DNA of 64,000 nt from an uncultured Gemmatimonadales bacterium. Lineage in GTDB: Bacteria; Gemmatimonadota; Gemmatimonadetes; Gemmatimonadales; GWC2-71-9. Location: contig CAWJIM010000019.1 of assembly GCA_963842945.1 (NCBI GenBank), positions 64,001 through 128,000 on the forward strand, written 5' to 3'. Positions 31,033-41,108 of this stretch are shown here, one piece after another (position 1 is the first letter of the stretch; each line of letters begins with the position of its first letter). The notes under the pieces are model-generated. The model saw only the letters and a program-made list of their open reading frames with translations. It did not search any database and had not been told where the DNA came from. The translations under genes and the position numbers were made by a program.

Positions 31033-33381
31033 TCACATCGGCGATTCGCTGCTGATGGCCTCCTCCGGCGCCGGGGGGATGTCTGCCTGAGCCCGGGTGG
31101 TTGTGGCCCTTCCGTAGAGCGCCCGATAGATCTCCTCGTTCCGCTGAATGACCCGCACGTAGTCCCGGGTCTCGACGAAGGAGATCTGCTCGGCAAAGAC
31201 TTCGGGGTCGTTCACCCCGATCCGCTTGGACCAGCGATCGACCCGGGGAACGCCCGCGTTATATGCCGCGAGGATGTGGGCGGGCTGATCGTATTGGGCG
31301 AACAGCTCGCGCAGGTGGAAGGTGCCCAACTGAAGGCTGACGTCGGGCTGGTAGAGCAGCACTGGATCCCAGACTGGATAGTTGAGCTCCTTGGCCAGGC
31401 GTTCACCGAGCTCCGGCATCACCTGCGCCAGACCGCGGGCACCGGCCGACGAGGTGGCGGCCGGATTGAAGCTCGACTCCTGCCGAATCAGGGCGGCCAC
31501 GAAGTTGGGATCCAGCCCCTTCTCAGCGGCCTCGGCCAGCAGCGCGTCGGCATGGACCACCGGATAGATCAGGCGATAGGTCCGCGCGTCGGGCGGCGCC
31601 CCAAGTGCCAGCGCCTTGCGCGCGAGTTGAATGGCCGGCGCGGCCATGCCTTGCGTCCGAAGCGCGTTCGCGAGCACGAGCAGCCGTTCCGATGAGGTGT
31701 CGGGTGAGCGGACCAAACGGTCCAGCTCCCAGCGAGACTCCTGCCGCAGGCCCATGCGGGAGAGCAATGCCGCGCGCGAGACTCCCCGCTCGATCACCGG
31801 ATCTGAGGCAAACGAATCTGGAGCAGCGGGCGGCGACCACGGATCATTCCCCAGGCGGTTCGAGCTGAGCGTGGCGTAGTAGGACAGCGGGTCGCGGGCC
31901 AGCACGGCCTGCCAGCGCGCACGGGCCGCGACACTGTCGCCGGCCGCGGCCCAGGATCGTCCCGCCCAATACGCCGCGCCCAGGGCCTCGTCGCTTCTGG
32001 GCCAGCGCTCGATGAGGCTGTCGAACTCGCGCGCGGCCTCCCTCGAGTGCCCGCTCAAGAGGGCGACCATGGCCGACCGGAAACGGGCGGTGGGCGCGAA
32101 TCGGCTGGTCGGATAACGGCTGGCGACCAGGCGGTAAAGGCGACGTGCCTTGCCGTCTTGCCGATCGTCCGACGCCAGATCGGCGAGCAGGAAGTACGCC
32201 GACGCAGCCGCGGTGGTGTCCTTGGCATAAGAGCGGGAGACTCGGACCAAGGCGGCGCGGCCCGGCTCGAGCTGCCCGTCGCGAACCAACGCGCGGGCGC
32301 CCTGGTAGGCGGCGAGTGCCGCCAGGTTACGAGGCGAGTGGACCTGCTTGAACTGGGCTGCGGCGTCGCGATTTCGCTTCAGGCGGGTGAGGGCATTGGC
32401 GTAGTCGAAGCGGTCCTGCCCATTCCCCAGGCTACGACTTCCGGCGCGGGCGAATCCTGCCGCCGCCCGGGCGGAGAGTCCCGCATCGGATGCCACTCGG
32501 GCGGCGAGCAACTCTTCCTTTGAAGACAGAGGAGCGAAGGCACTGTCGATCAGGGCAAGCGCCTGCCGCGCCGCGCCCGGTGAGACCCTGCCCGTTAGAA
32601 GGGCAAAGGCCTCTTCCCGGATGGTGGCATGCGAGGCGCTGTCGGAGCTCACGGCCAGGCGGAGCCGCAGGCTGGTCAGCGACTCTCCGAGCACGGCGTA
32701 TCGCCGGGCCGCTTCGGCCCGGTCACCGATGCGCTCGTAAGCGGCCGCCTCTGCCCAGGGCATCCGTGCCTGGGGCAGCGGGTCCTGAATCGCAGCATAG
32801 AGCCGGGCCCGCGCGGTACTGTCTGAGGTTACGCTGGCCGCACGCAGTCGGAGCCAGTCGGCTATTTCCGGCAGGCGCTGGGCAGCGCGCAGGTACACGG
32901 CCGCCGCGCTGTCTCGCGCCTCAGTCCGGTCGAGTGAGGTGGCAAGCAGCATGAGACGCTCGCTCGACGTGGGAGCGCGCCGCAAGGCCGCGGCGGCGTG
33001 TTCCAATGCAGTACTGTCCTCATTCCGCTCCAAAGCGGCCCGTGCCAGCAGGACCCGGGCGCGACCCTCGTACAGCGAATCGATCCAGGGCTCGCCCTGG
33101 AGCAGCTGCAGCACTTCGTTCCACCCACCCCACTCGCTTGCGGCGGTGGCGGCCAGGAATACCGCGGCTGGGCTACGACTGGAGGAATCGCGCAGGATAG
33201 GATCTAGCAGGCGGGTAGCCTGCCAGGGCCTTCCCCGGGTGAGGGCCTCTCCGGCTCGCGCCAGGGTCGAGTCGACGGCGTTGGCAACCTCGCCGGTGTC
33301 CGCCCGGAAGGCTGTTGAGCCGGGCGGTTGGGGTGTGCCAATGGCAGCCAACCAGAGCCATATATGAACGAAATGCGTCAC
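31033..33381 (-). CDS. Soluble lytic transglycosylase (TPR-like superhelix plus SLT domain)
   Basis: LIRQESSF, GARGLAQVMP, AAYNAG, ETRDYV. Confidence 0.9.
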   Translation of the reverse strand: MTHFVHIWLWLAAIGTPQPPGSTAFRADTGEVANAVDSTLARAGEALTRGRPWQATRLLDPILRDSSSRSPAAVFLAATAASEWGGWNEVLQLLQGEPWIDSLYEGRARVLLARAALERNEDSTALEHAAAALRRAPTSSERLMLLATSLDRTEARDSAAAVYLRAAQRLPEIADWLRLRAASVTSDSTARARLYAAIQDPLPQARMPWAEAAAYERIGDRAEAARRYAVLGESLTSLRLRLAVSSDSASHATIREEAFALLTGRVSPGAARQALALIDSAFAPLSSKEELLAARVASDAGLSARAAAGFARAGSRSLGNGQDRFDYANALTRLKRNRDAAAQFKQVHSPRNLAALAAYQGARALVRDGQLEPGRAALVRVSRSYAKDTTAAASAYFLLADLASDDRQDGKARRLYRLVASRYPTSRFAPTARFRSAMVALLSGHSREAAREFDSLIERWPRSDEALGAAYWAGRSWAAAGDSVAARARWQAVLARDPLSYYATLSSNRLGNDPWSPPAAPDSFASDPVIERGVSRAALLSRMGLRQESRWELDRLVRSPDTSSERLLVLANALRTQGMAAPAIQLARKALALGAPPDARTYRLIYPVVHADALLAEAAEKGLDPNFVAALIRQESSFNPAATSSAGARGLAQVMPELGERLAKELNYPVWDPVLLYQPDVSLQLGTFHLRELFAQYDQPAHILAAYNAGVPRVDRWSKRIGVNDPEVFAEQISFVETRDYVRVIQRNEEIYRALYGRATTTRAQADIPPAPEEAISSESPM

Positions 33382-33512
33382 GGCATGACCGTTGATGAAG
33401 GACGTAGTCTGCTACAGCCCCGCAAATGCCGCGCCGCCGTAGACTTAGGCCCCAGGCCCCCAATCCGGGGTCGCCGCCTCGGATTCTGCCGGGGAGCCGC
33501 TACTTTGCACCT

Positions 33513-33908
33513 ATGGACGAAAGCGAGGACAAGACCAGAGTCGATAAATGGCTTTGGGCGGCACGCTTCTATAAAACGCGATCACTAGCGGCCGAAGCTG
33601 TGGCGGGAGGGAAGGTCCAGGTCAACGGGGAGCGGGTAAAACGGGCCAAGCCGCTACAGGTTGGCGACGAGATCCGAATCCGGCAGGGACCGTACGAGCA
33701 TCACGTCGTGGTTCGAGAGCTCTCAAGCCAGCGCGGCCCAGTGGCTCGCGCCCTGCAGCTCTATGAGGAAACCGCGGAGAGCCGCGCCGCGCGGGAAGCC
33801 ATGGCGCTGCAACTGAAGAGTCTTCACTCGGCGTTTGTGCCGGATCGTGGCCGTCCAACGAAAAAGGATCGCAGGGACATCAATCGACTAAAAGGCCGTG
33901 AACGGTAA
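33513..33908 (+). CDS. hslR: Ribosome-associated heat shock protein Hsp15 (S4 domain)
   Basis: RVDKWLWAARFYKTRSLA, GKVQVNG, GRPTKKDRR. Confidence 0.93.
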   Translation: MDESEDKTRVDKWLWAARFYKTRSLAAEAVAGGKVQVNGERVKRAKPLQVGDEIRIRQGPYEHHVVVRELSSQRGPVARALQLYEETAESRAAREAMALQLKSLHSAFVPDRGRPTKKDRRDINRLKGRER

Positions 33909-33922
33909 ACAGTGAACACGTT

Positions 33923-35178
33923 TCACATGTTCTCCACCATGGCCCGGCCGAACTCGCTGGTCTTGAGCAGAGTGGCGCCCGGCATGAGCCGCTCGAAGTC
34001 GTAGGTCACCCGCTTCTGTCCAATCGTCTTCTCCAGCGACCGGATGATGAGGTCGGCCGCCTCGTGCCACCCGAGATAACGAAACATCATTTCACCCGAG
34101 AGAATTACCGAGCCGGGATTCACCTTGTCCTGGTTGGCATACTTGGGCGCGGTACCGTGGGTGGCCTCGAACACGGCGTGGCCGGTCATGTAGTTGATGT
34201 TGGCCCCAGGCGCGATGCCGATTCCACCCACCTGCGCCGCCAGGGCATCGGAGATGTAGTCGCCATTCAGGTTCATGGTGGCGATGACGCCGTACTCCTT
34301 GGGCCGGGTGAGGATCTGCTGCAGGAAGGCGTCGGCAATGACGTCCTTGATGACCAGCCCGCCCGGCAGCCGGCACCAGGGTCCGCCGTCCAGCTCGGTG
34401 GCGCCGTACTCCTCGCGCGCCAGCGCATACCCCCAATCACGAAATCCGCCTTCCGTGAACTTCATGATATTGCCCTTGTGCACCAGGGTGACGCTCTCGT
34501 ACTTCTGGGCCAGGGCATATTCGATGGCAGAGCGGATCAGTCGCTTCGAGCCTTCCTCGGAAATCGGCTTGATCCCGATGGCACTGCTCTCGGGGAAGCG
34601 GATGGATTGGACTCCCATCTCCTCCCGCAGAAACCTGATGACCTGTATGGCCTCTTCGCTCCTGGCCTTGTACTCGATTCCGGCGTAGATGTCCTCGGTG
34701 TTCTCCCGGAAGATCACCATATTGACGTCCTGGGGAGCCTTGACCGGCGAGGGAACTCCGGGGAAGTAGCGGACCGGGCGAACGCAGGCGTAGAGGTCCA
34801 GCTTCTGGCGGAGCGCCACGTTCAGCGAGCGGAAGCCGCCTCCAACCGGCGTGGTAAGCGGCCCCTTGATGGCAACGAGGTAGCGTGCGATGGCTGCCAG
34901 GGTCTCTTCGGGGAGCCAACTGCTGGTCTGGTTCTTGGCTTTTTCGCCGGCCAGCACCTCCACCCAGGCGATCCGCCGCTTCCCGCCGTAGGCTTTGGCT
35001 ACGGCACCGTCGAATACGAGCTGGGAGGCGCGCCAGATGTCCGGTCCGGTGCCGTCGCCCTCGATGAAGGGAATGATCGGGTCGGGCCGGCACCTCGAGG
35101 CGGCCATTGCGGAGCGTGATGGCCTCTCCGTCAACGGAGGCGGGAGGGCGGCTGCGTAGCGGTACGGGTGGCTGACAT
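33923..35178 (-). CDS. icd: NADP-dependent isocitrate dehydrogenase (two indels near the 5' end)
   Basis: [73 protein letters not shown]; reconstructed start [11 protein letters not shown] at 35178. Confidence 0.95.
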
Positions 35179-35247
35179 CGGGCGGATCCTTGTCGCCGGA
35201 ACGATCGACATTTGTTTTGGGGTTGCCGCAATCTGACTGGGTCATCG

Positions 35248-36980
35248 ATGAACAGCAATACGACGCTCCGCCCGGTTGGTGCCGCGGTAGCGGCCATCCA
35301 TTCGGCCTACGATGAGTATGCCCGCGGGCTTTGAAGAGATCACCAGCCGGGCTCGCCGCCGATTCGAGCTGCGCGACTGGGCCGGCTCCCAGGCCGACGC
35401 AACGGCCAGGCTGGAGCTCTATAAGGCCCACGTCGATGCCGCCGTCGCTGATGTCCGCGACATCCTCGACGATGCGGTAATGGAGCGAACGGTGTGGGGC
35501 GCGATGAAGCTCGAACACGCCTCTCGGGTGGGCCGCAGACCCGATGCGGAGCTGGCCGAGACGCTTCTTCAACTCCGTTACCCGCCGGGTGTTCAGCACC
35601 GTGGGAGTGGACCCAGCGATCGAGTATCTGCAGCCCGCGGCGGCGGCCAAGACGGAGACAGAACCCGAGATCTACGTCACTCACTCGGTGTTCCGGGTAG
35701 AGGCCGAATTGATTCACCGCATCCTGAGCGAGATTCCCTGGACGGTTCCCTACGCCCAGCTCGACCGGGATGCGGCACTGGTGGCAGAGCTGATCGAGTC
35801 GCGCGTTCGGCAGGAATCCTCGGACAGGGAACCCCGCCAGCTCGAGCTGCTTCGCTCGATTTTTTACCGAAACAAAGGCGCGTATCTGGTTGGCCGGATT
35901 CGCGCCGGCTCCTCCACTATCCCCCTGGTCCTCCCGCTACTGCACGCCGAGCGAGGGATCGTGGTGGATGCGGTGTTGATGAGCTCGGACGAGGCCAGCG
36001 TCGTGTTCGGATTCAGCTGGAGCTATTTCCGGGTTGAGGCGCCACGGCCCCGAGCGCTGGTGGATTTCCTGAGCACGATCATGCCGCTCAAGCAGATCCA
36101 CGAGCTGTACACGGCCATCGGGCATAACAAGCATGGGAAGACCGAGCTCTACCGCGGCCTGATGCGGCATCTGGAGGAGCCCGACGCCCGCTTTGCCTTC
36201 GTCGAGGGCGACGAAGGCATGGTCATGGCGGTGTTCACCCTGCCCTCCTGGAACGTGGTGTTCAAGATCATCAAGGACAGCTTTGGCGCACCCAAGAACA
36301 CCACTCGCCGGGCGGTCATGGCCAAGTACCATTTCGTGTTCGTGCGAGACCGGGTGGGAAGGCTGGCGGACGCCCAGGAGTTCGAGCACCTGGAGTTTCC
36401 TCGCCACTGTTTTCCCGAGGAGCTGCTGAACTATCTCCTGGAGGTAGCCGGCTCAACGGTGCGGGTGGAGGGTGACCGCGTGGTGGTGCGCCACCTGTAC
36501 ACCGAGCGGCGGGTCATTCCGCTCAATCTGTTCTTGCGCCATGCCGATGAGGGCGCAGCTCGTGAGGCGGTGATCGATTACGGCAACGCCATCAAGGATC
36601 TCGCCGCCGCGGACATTTTCACTGGGGATATGCTGGCGAAAAACTTCGGCGTGTCCCGACATGGCCGGGTGATCTGCTACGACTACGACGAGCTCTGCCT
36701 GTTGTCCGAGTGCCGCTTCCGGCGCCTGCCTCAGGCCACCTCGATGGAAGACGAGTTTGCCGCCGAGCCCTGGTTCCACGTGAATGAGCAGGATGTCTTC
36801 CCCGAGGAGTTCGGCACGTTCCTGCTACCCCCCGAAAAGCTACGAGACACCTTTCTTGATGCCCATGCCGACCTGCTTGGGATCGAGTTTTGGCTCGAGG
36901 TCCAACGGAAGCTCTCCCGGGGAGAGGTGGTCGACGTCTTTCCCTATCGGCGGGAGGCGCGGCTGCAGCGCAGGCGCTAG
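35248..36980 (+). CDS. aceK: Isocitrate dehydrogenase kinase/phosphatase (two frameshifts)
   Basis: Reconstructed N-terminus ...[79 protein letters not shown]. Confidence 0.93.
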
Positions 36981-36987
36981 AGGTCGG

Positions 36988-37338
36988 TCAGCGCTCGAAG
37001 TTGGTGAGCCCGGCCGCGGCCTCGAGAATTCGCCGGGTGTAGTCTCCGGCCGACTCGCGAGCCTTGCGCTCGGGAAGCACGAAGTTCGGATTGTCTGGCT
37101 CCGCCGAATCGGGCGAGTTGGTCATGGTGTCTCCACCCCGGGACTCGACCAGCGACTCGAACCGGTCGACCGCGGACCAGAGGTCGGCCAGCTCATCGTT
37201 GGACTCATCGCCGGTCAACAGTACCCCTCGGCGGGCGAGAATGTCAGCGGTATGCTCCCGGGCTCGCGCCTGCTCCTCGCCGCGATGCGGATTCAGGGCT
37301 TCATCGATCTCGCCCGATTCGGTTGTCTCCCGATCCAT
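36988..37338 (-). CDS. Hypothetical acidic protein
   Basis: 116-aa ORF with an SD-like GGGGGA, tightly packed between its neighbours; no motif recognised. Confidence 0.7.
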   Translation of the reverse strand: MDRETTESGEIDEALNPHRGEEQARAREHTADILARRGVLLTGDESNDELADLWSAVDRFESLVESRGGDTMTNSPDSAEPDNPNFVLPERKARESAGDYTRRILEAAAGLTNFER

Positions 37339-37347
37339 CTCGTCCCC

Positions 37348-37650
37348 CTAAGAATGCTTGCTGCGTGACTGCCGGTTGGACGCCCGTAGGTAACGCTCGG
37401 CCAGCTGCTCCAGGCGTTCATTTCCGTCCTCCCGGGCCTCCTCGAGAATGCGTTCTACCCAGGGCAGAAGCTTCGGCTCTCCCCAGTAGTAGCCGGTGGC
37501 GGATTCAGCGCTCGCGGTGTCCCCGGCATCCGCGCCCCGGAGCAGAGCTCTGGCTGCGGCTAGATCGTAGGAGGGGTCTTCGGGCGAGGGAAGCGGATAG
37601 CGGGGCGCTTCTCCGGTACCAGCGTCTTCGTTAACGAACGCTCTGGACAT
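37348..37650 (-). CDS. Hypothetical protein with an MSRAFVxED N-terminus
   Basis: 100-aa ORF with TATACT 5 nt before the ATG; the N-terminus resembles that of some GreA/GreB-like proteins, but no Gre domain follows. Confidence 0.7.
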   Translation of the reverse strand: MSRAFVNEDAGTGEAPRYPLPSPEDPSYDLAAARALLRGADAGDTASAESATGYYWGEPKLLPWVERILEEAREDGNERLEQLAERYLRASNRQSRSKHS

Positions 37651-37688
37651 GCCGGAGTATAGCCTTTTTTGCGCCTGCCGACAGCCGG

Positions 37689-37726
37689 AAAAACACAGCC
37701 CCGGACGGTGGACCGTCCGAGGCTGT
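37689..37726 (-). terminator. Intrinsic terminator
   Basis: Minus strand ACAGCCTCGGACGG-TCCA-CCGTCCGGGGCTGT-GTTTTT. Confidence 0.8.
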
Positions 37727-37742
37727 CGAGTGTTACGGAGCT

Positions 37743-38492
37743 TCAGCTACGGCGGAAGGGCGTGCCCAGGGTGACCTTCAGGCGGGACCCGGCGGGAACG
37801 ACTACATCCCGATCCTGGGTCTGGATCGCCCGCTGAGTTCCTACTGCCGCACCGGCGACGCCGCCGATGACCGCGCCCTTGGTGCTGCCACCGCTCACCA
37901 CCGTGCCCAGGAGGGCGCCGGCACCGGCCCCGGCGCCGACCTTGGCCAGGTCACCAGCGTTGGTTTTCCGGTCCTTCAGGGTCCGGTCGAGTGCCGTGGC
38001 AGAGCCCTTGAGCGGATAGGTCTTGCCCGCAATGGACACCAGAGTCGGGGTCAGGACCAGCTTGCCGGTCTTGTCCGACTTGTTCTCGGACTCGTGAATC
38101 GCGGCGATGGTGAGATAAACCTTCGAGCCCTTGGGAATGACTACCCGGCCGCTCTTGTCCTTCACGTCGGACGAAACGGTCCCGGTCAGCTTCTGTCCCG
38201 CCTTGTGGGTCCGGGAGCTGATGCCCTTGTCGAACTTGGCCGAGATCGCCGTCCCTGACGAGAGCATCGATACTGTGCCCTTTGCAGCCGGTTTCGCCAC
38301 CGGCTTCGGCGCCGCCTTGGAGGATGCCTTCGTCGCCGGCTTGGAAGCCTGATCATTCAGGGGGGCGCTGGCATCTACCCCGGGACGTTGCAGATCGCGG
38401 TCGGACTCATCGATGAGGGAAGATTTTCCCTTGTCGCCGCCGCACCCCGCCAGAAGGGCTAGAGTGAGAAGTACCAGTCTGTTACCTGCCAT
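37743..38492 (-). CDS. Hypothetical lipoprotein with a glycine-zipper segment
   Basis: Lipobox LLAGC, Lys/Ala/Pro linker, beta-rich domain, GAGAGAGALLG...GAVIGGVAGAAVG. Confidence 0.75.
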   Translation of the reverse strand: MAGNRLVLLTLALLAGCGGDKGKSSLIDESDRDLQRPGVDASAPLNDQASKPATKASSKAAPKPVAKPAAKGTVSMLSSGTAISAKFDKGISSRTHKAGQKLTGTVSSDVKDKSGRVVIPKGSKVYLTIAAIHESENKSDKTGKLVLTPTLVSIAGKTYPLKGSATALDRTLKDRKTNAGDLAKVGAGAGAGALLGTVVSGGSTKGAVIGGVAGAAVGTQRAIQTQDRDVVVPAGSRLKVTLGTPFRRS

Positions 38493-38546
38493 GTGACGCC
38501 TCCAGAACTATTGGACTGGATTGCTGATCGGGATGCAGACCGTGGG

Positions 38547-38704
38547 CTCAGGGGCAAGTCCGAGGCCAGGGGCGGCGGGGCAGCGGGGCAGCGGGGCAGC
38601 GGGGCAGCGGAGGCGCGAGGCAGCAGATCGGACCTAAAAGAGAAGCGGGACCGATCCGAAGATCCGCCCCGCTGCCCCGACTTTCCCGCCTGCCGGCCCC
38701 TGAG
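38547..38704. repeat. Inverted tandem-repeat element with octamer GGGGCAGC downstream of pilC
   Basis: GGGGCGGC plus 4x GGGGCAGC (38569-38608); inverted remnant gccccgctgccccg (38666-38679); outer IR ctcaggggc / gcccctgag. Confidence 0.85.
38636..38673 (-). terminator. Intrinsic terminator of pilBTC with a cUUCGg tetraloop
   Basis: Minus strand AGCGGGGC-G-GATC-TTCG-GATC-G-GTCCCGCT-TCTCTTTT. Confidence 0.8.
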
Positions 38705-38711
38705 GACCGGC

Positions 38712-39920
38712 CTATTGCACCGCGTTCATCATGTCGAAGATCGGCAGGTACATCGCGACCACCATACCACCCACGATAACGCCGAGGACGACGATCATCA
38801 GGGGCTCCATGAGCGAGAGCAGGGCGGAGACCGCGACGTCGACCTCTTCGTCGTAGAAGTCGGCGATCTTGGTGAGCATCTCGTCCAGGCCGCCCGTCTG
38901 CTCGCCGACGGCAATCATCGAGATCACCATGGGCGGGAACACCTTGGACTTCTCCAGCGGAGCGGCGATGGTCTCACCGCCGGCAATCGAGTGGCGGGAC
39001 TGCATGACCGCGTTGTGGATGACCATGTTGCCCGCGGTCTTGGCCGTGATCTCGAGACCATCCAGAATCGAAACGCCAGAGGAGATCAGCGTACCGAGCG
39101 TCCGGGTGAAGCGCGACACGGCGGACTTCCGGAGGATGTCGCCCAGCACCGGCGCCTTGAGCATCATGCCATCGATCTGGAGCTTGCCGCTCGAGGTGGC
39201 GTAGTAGCGGTTGACGGAGAAGAACATGCCGGCAAAGGCGGCGATGATGGCCCACCAGTACCCGAGCAGCAGCTGGGACATGCCGATCACGACCCGAGTC
39301 GGCAGCGGCAGCTCCAGGTTGACCGAGGCGAACATGCTCTGGAAGGTGGGGATCACGAAGATGAGCAGCACCGCAATGGCGATCACGGCGACGCTCATGA
39401 TGACCGCCGGATACACCATAGCGCCCTTCACCTTGCGGATGAGCGCATCGCTCTTTTCCAGGAACGTGGCCAACCGGATCAAGATGGTATCGAGAATACC
39501 GCCGGCTTCACCGGCGGCCACCATGTTGACGTAGAGGTCGGTGAAAGCCCGGGGGTGCTTGCGGAACGCGTCGGCCAGGGTGTTGCCGGCCTCGACGTCG
39601 TGGACCACCGCCCTGGTCACTTCCTGCAGGGTCTTGTTCTCGGTCTGCGATGCCAGGATGCTGAGCGATTGAACCAGTGGAAGTCCCGCGTTGATCATCG
39701 TGGCGAACTGGCGGGTGAAGATGACGATGTCGCGGGTCTTGACCTTGCCTTTGCGGAAGCTGCCCAGGGTGATCTTGGTGGGCGCCTCGCGCACGCTCAC
39801 CAGAATAAGCCGGTTCTTCCGAAGGTAGGCGCTGACCTCCTCCTTCGACTTGAGATCCACCTGGCCCTTTTGGATCTGGCCGTTCGCGGCATTCCGCGCG
39901 GTGTATTCGAACAGTGGCAT
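38712..39920 (-). CDS. pilC: Type IV pilus platform protein PilC
   Basis: FTRQFATMINAGLPL, AGEAGGILD, AMVYP, GEQTGGLDEML, AMYLPIF. Confidence 0.96.
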   Translation of the reverse strand: MPLFEYTARNAANGQIQKGQVDLKSKEEVSAYLRKNRLILVSVREAPTKITLGSFRKGKVKTRDIVIFTRQFATMINAGLPLVQSLSILASQTENKTLQEVTRAVVHDVEAGNTLADAFRKHPRAFTDLYVNMVAAGEAGGILDTILIRLATFLEKSDALIRKVKGAMVYPAVIMSVAVIAIAVLLIFVIPTFQSMFASVNLELPLPTRVVIGMSQLLLGYWWAIIAAFAGMFFSVNRYYATSSGKLQIDGMMLKAPVLGDILRKSAVSRFTRTLGTLISSGVSILDGLEITAKTAGNMVIHNAVMQSRHSIAGGETIAAPLEKSKVFPPMVISMIAVGEQTGGLDEMLTKIADFYDEEVDVAVSALLSLMEPLMIVVLGVIVGGMVVAMYLPIFDMMNAVQ

Positions 39921-39962
39921 CAGTCCTCTCCGATTCAGGGGCGCGGGTAGTACACCCTGGGA

Positions 39963-41108
39963 TTACCGCCGGATACCGGCGGATTTCTGCTGCGAATGCT
40001 GCTGCGGCCGGTCCGAGCTACCCATGCTCTCGTCCTCCATGGGCGTCACCCCGATCATCCGCAGGAATTCCTTCGGGTCGCTGGAGACCCGCTCGCACTC
40101 TTCCTGAGATACTTCCCGGCTGGTGTAGAGCTGGTACAGCGCGTCATTCATGGTTTGCATGCCGAACTTCTTGCCCGACTGCATGGCGGAGTAGATCTGG
40201 TGGATCTTGTCGTCGCGAATGAGCGCCCGGATGGCGGGGGTGGCGACCATGATCTCCGCCGCCATGGAGCGTCCCCGGCCCTTGGCCTTGGGCAGCAAGG
40301 TCTGGGTGATGACGCCCTCCAGCACGAAGGCCAGCTGGGCTCTCACCTGGGACTGCTGATTCGACGGAAACACGTCGATGATCCGGTTGATCGACTCGGC
40401 GGCGGAGTTGGTGTGCAGCGTGGCCAGCACCAGGTGACCGGTTTCGGCGATGGTCAGCGCGGCGGCCACCGTCTCGAGGTCCCGCATTTCTCCCACCAGA
40501 ATCACATCGGGATCTTCCCGCAGGGCATACTTGAGCGCGTTGGCGAAGGTCTTGGTGTCGGTGCCGATTTCGCGCTGGTTGACGATGCAGGCCTGGTGAC
40601 GATGAATGAACTCGATCGGATCTTCGACGGTGATGATGTGGCCCTTCCGCTCCTTGTTGATCTTGTCGATGATGGCCGCCAGGGTCGTCGACTTTCCGGA
40701 CCCGGTGGGGCCGGTCACCAGAATCAATCCGCGGGGCCGCTCGGACAGCTTGGCGAGGACGGCCGGAAGGCCTAACTCCTGAAACGTTCGCACATTGAAG
40801 GGAATCATGCGGATTACCATGGCCACACACCCGCGCTGCTTGAACACGTTGCCACGGAACCGCGCGAGGTTCTGGATACCAAACGAGAAGTCCAGCTCGT
40901 CGTCGGTTTCGAAGCGCTTCTTCTGGTTCTCGGTGAGAACCGAGTACGCCAGCTGGAGGGTATCCTTGGGCGTCAGCACATCGGGCACGGAGCTGTCGAC
41001 GATATCGCCGTCGACCCGCAGCTTGGGCTTCTCGGCTGCAGTGATGTGAAGGTCGGAGGCATCCTTCTGGATCATTTCCTCGAGAAGGGCCCGCAGGTTC
41101 AGCGTCAT
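39963..41108 (-). CDS. pilT: Pilus retraction ATPase PilT
   Basis: ASDLHI, GPTGSGKSTT, TVEDPIE, ALREDPDVILVGEMRD, AETGHLV, AIRALIRD (AIRNLIRE-like). Confidence 0.96.
   Translation of the reverse strand: MTLNLRALLEEMIQKDASDLHITAAEKPKLRVDGDIVDSSVPDVLTPKDTLQLAYSVLTENQKKRFETDDELDFSFGIQNLARFRGNVFKQRGCVAMVIRMIPFNVRTFQELGLPAVLAKLSERPRGLILVTGPTGSGKSTTLAAIIDKINKERKGHIITVEDPIEFIHRHQACIVNQREIGTDTKTFANALKYALREDPDVILVGEMRDLETVAAALTIAETGHLVLATLHTNSAAESINRIIDVFPSNQQSQVRAQLAFVLEGVITQTLLPKAKGRGRSMAAEIMVATPAIRALIRDDKIHQIYSAMQSGKKFGMQTMNDALYQLYTSREVSQEECERVSSDPKEFLRMIGVTPMEDESMGSSDRPQQHSQQKSAGIRR

Noticed and set aside
35308..35320. TACGAT before ATG 35318 as a leaderless promoter for aceK
   Set aside because: It reads as coding sequence (AYDEY) of the reconstructed AceK N-terminus that starts at 35248.
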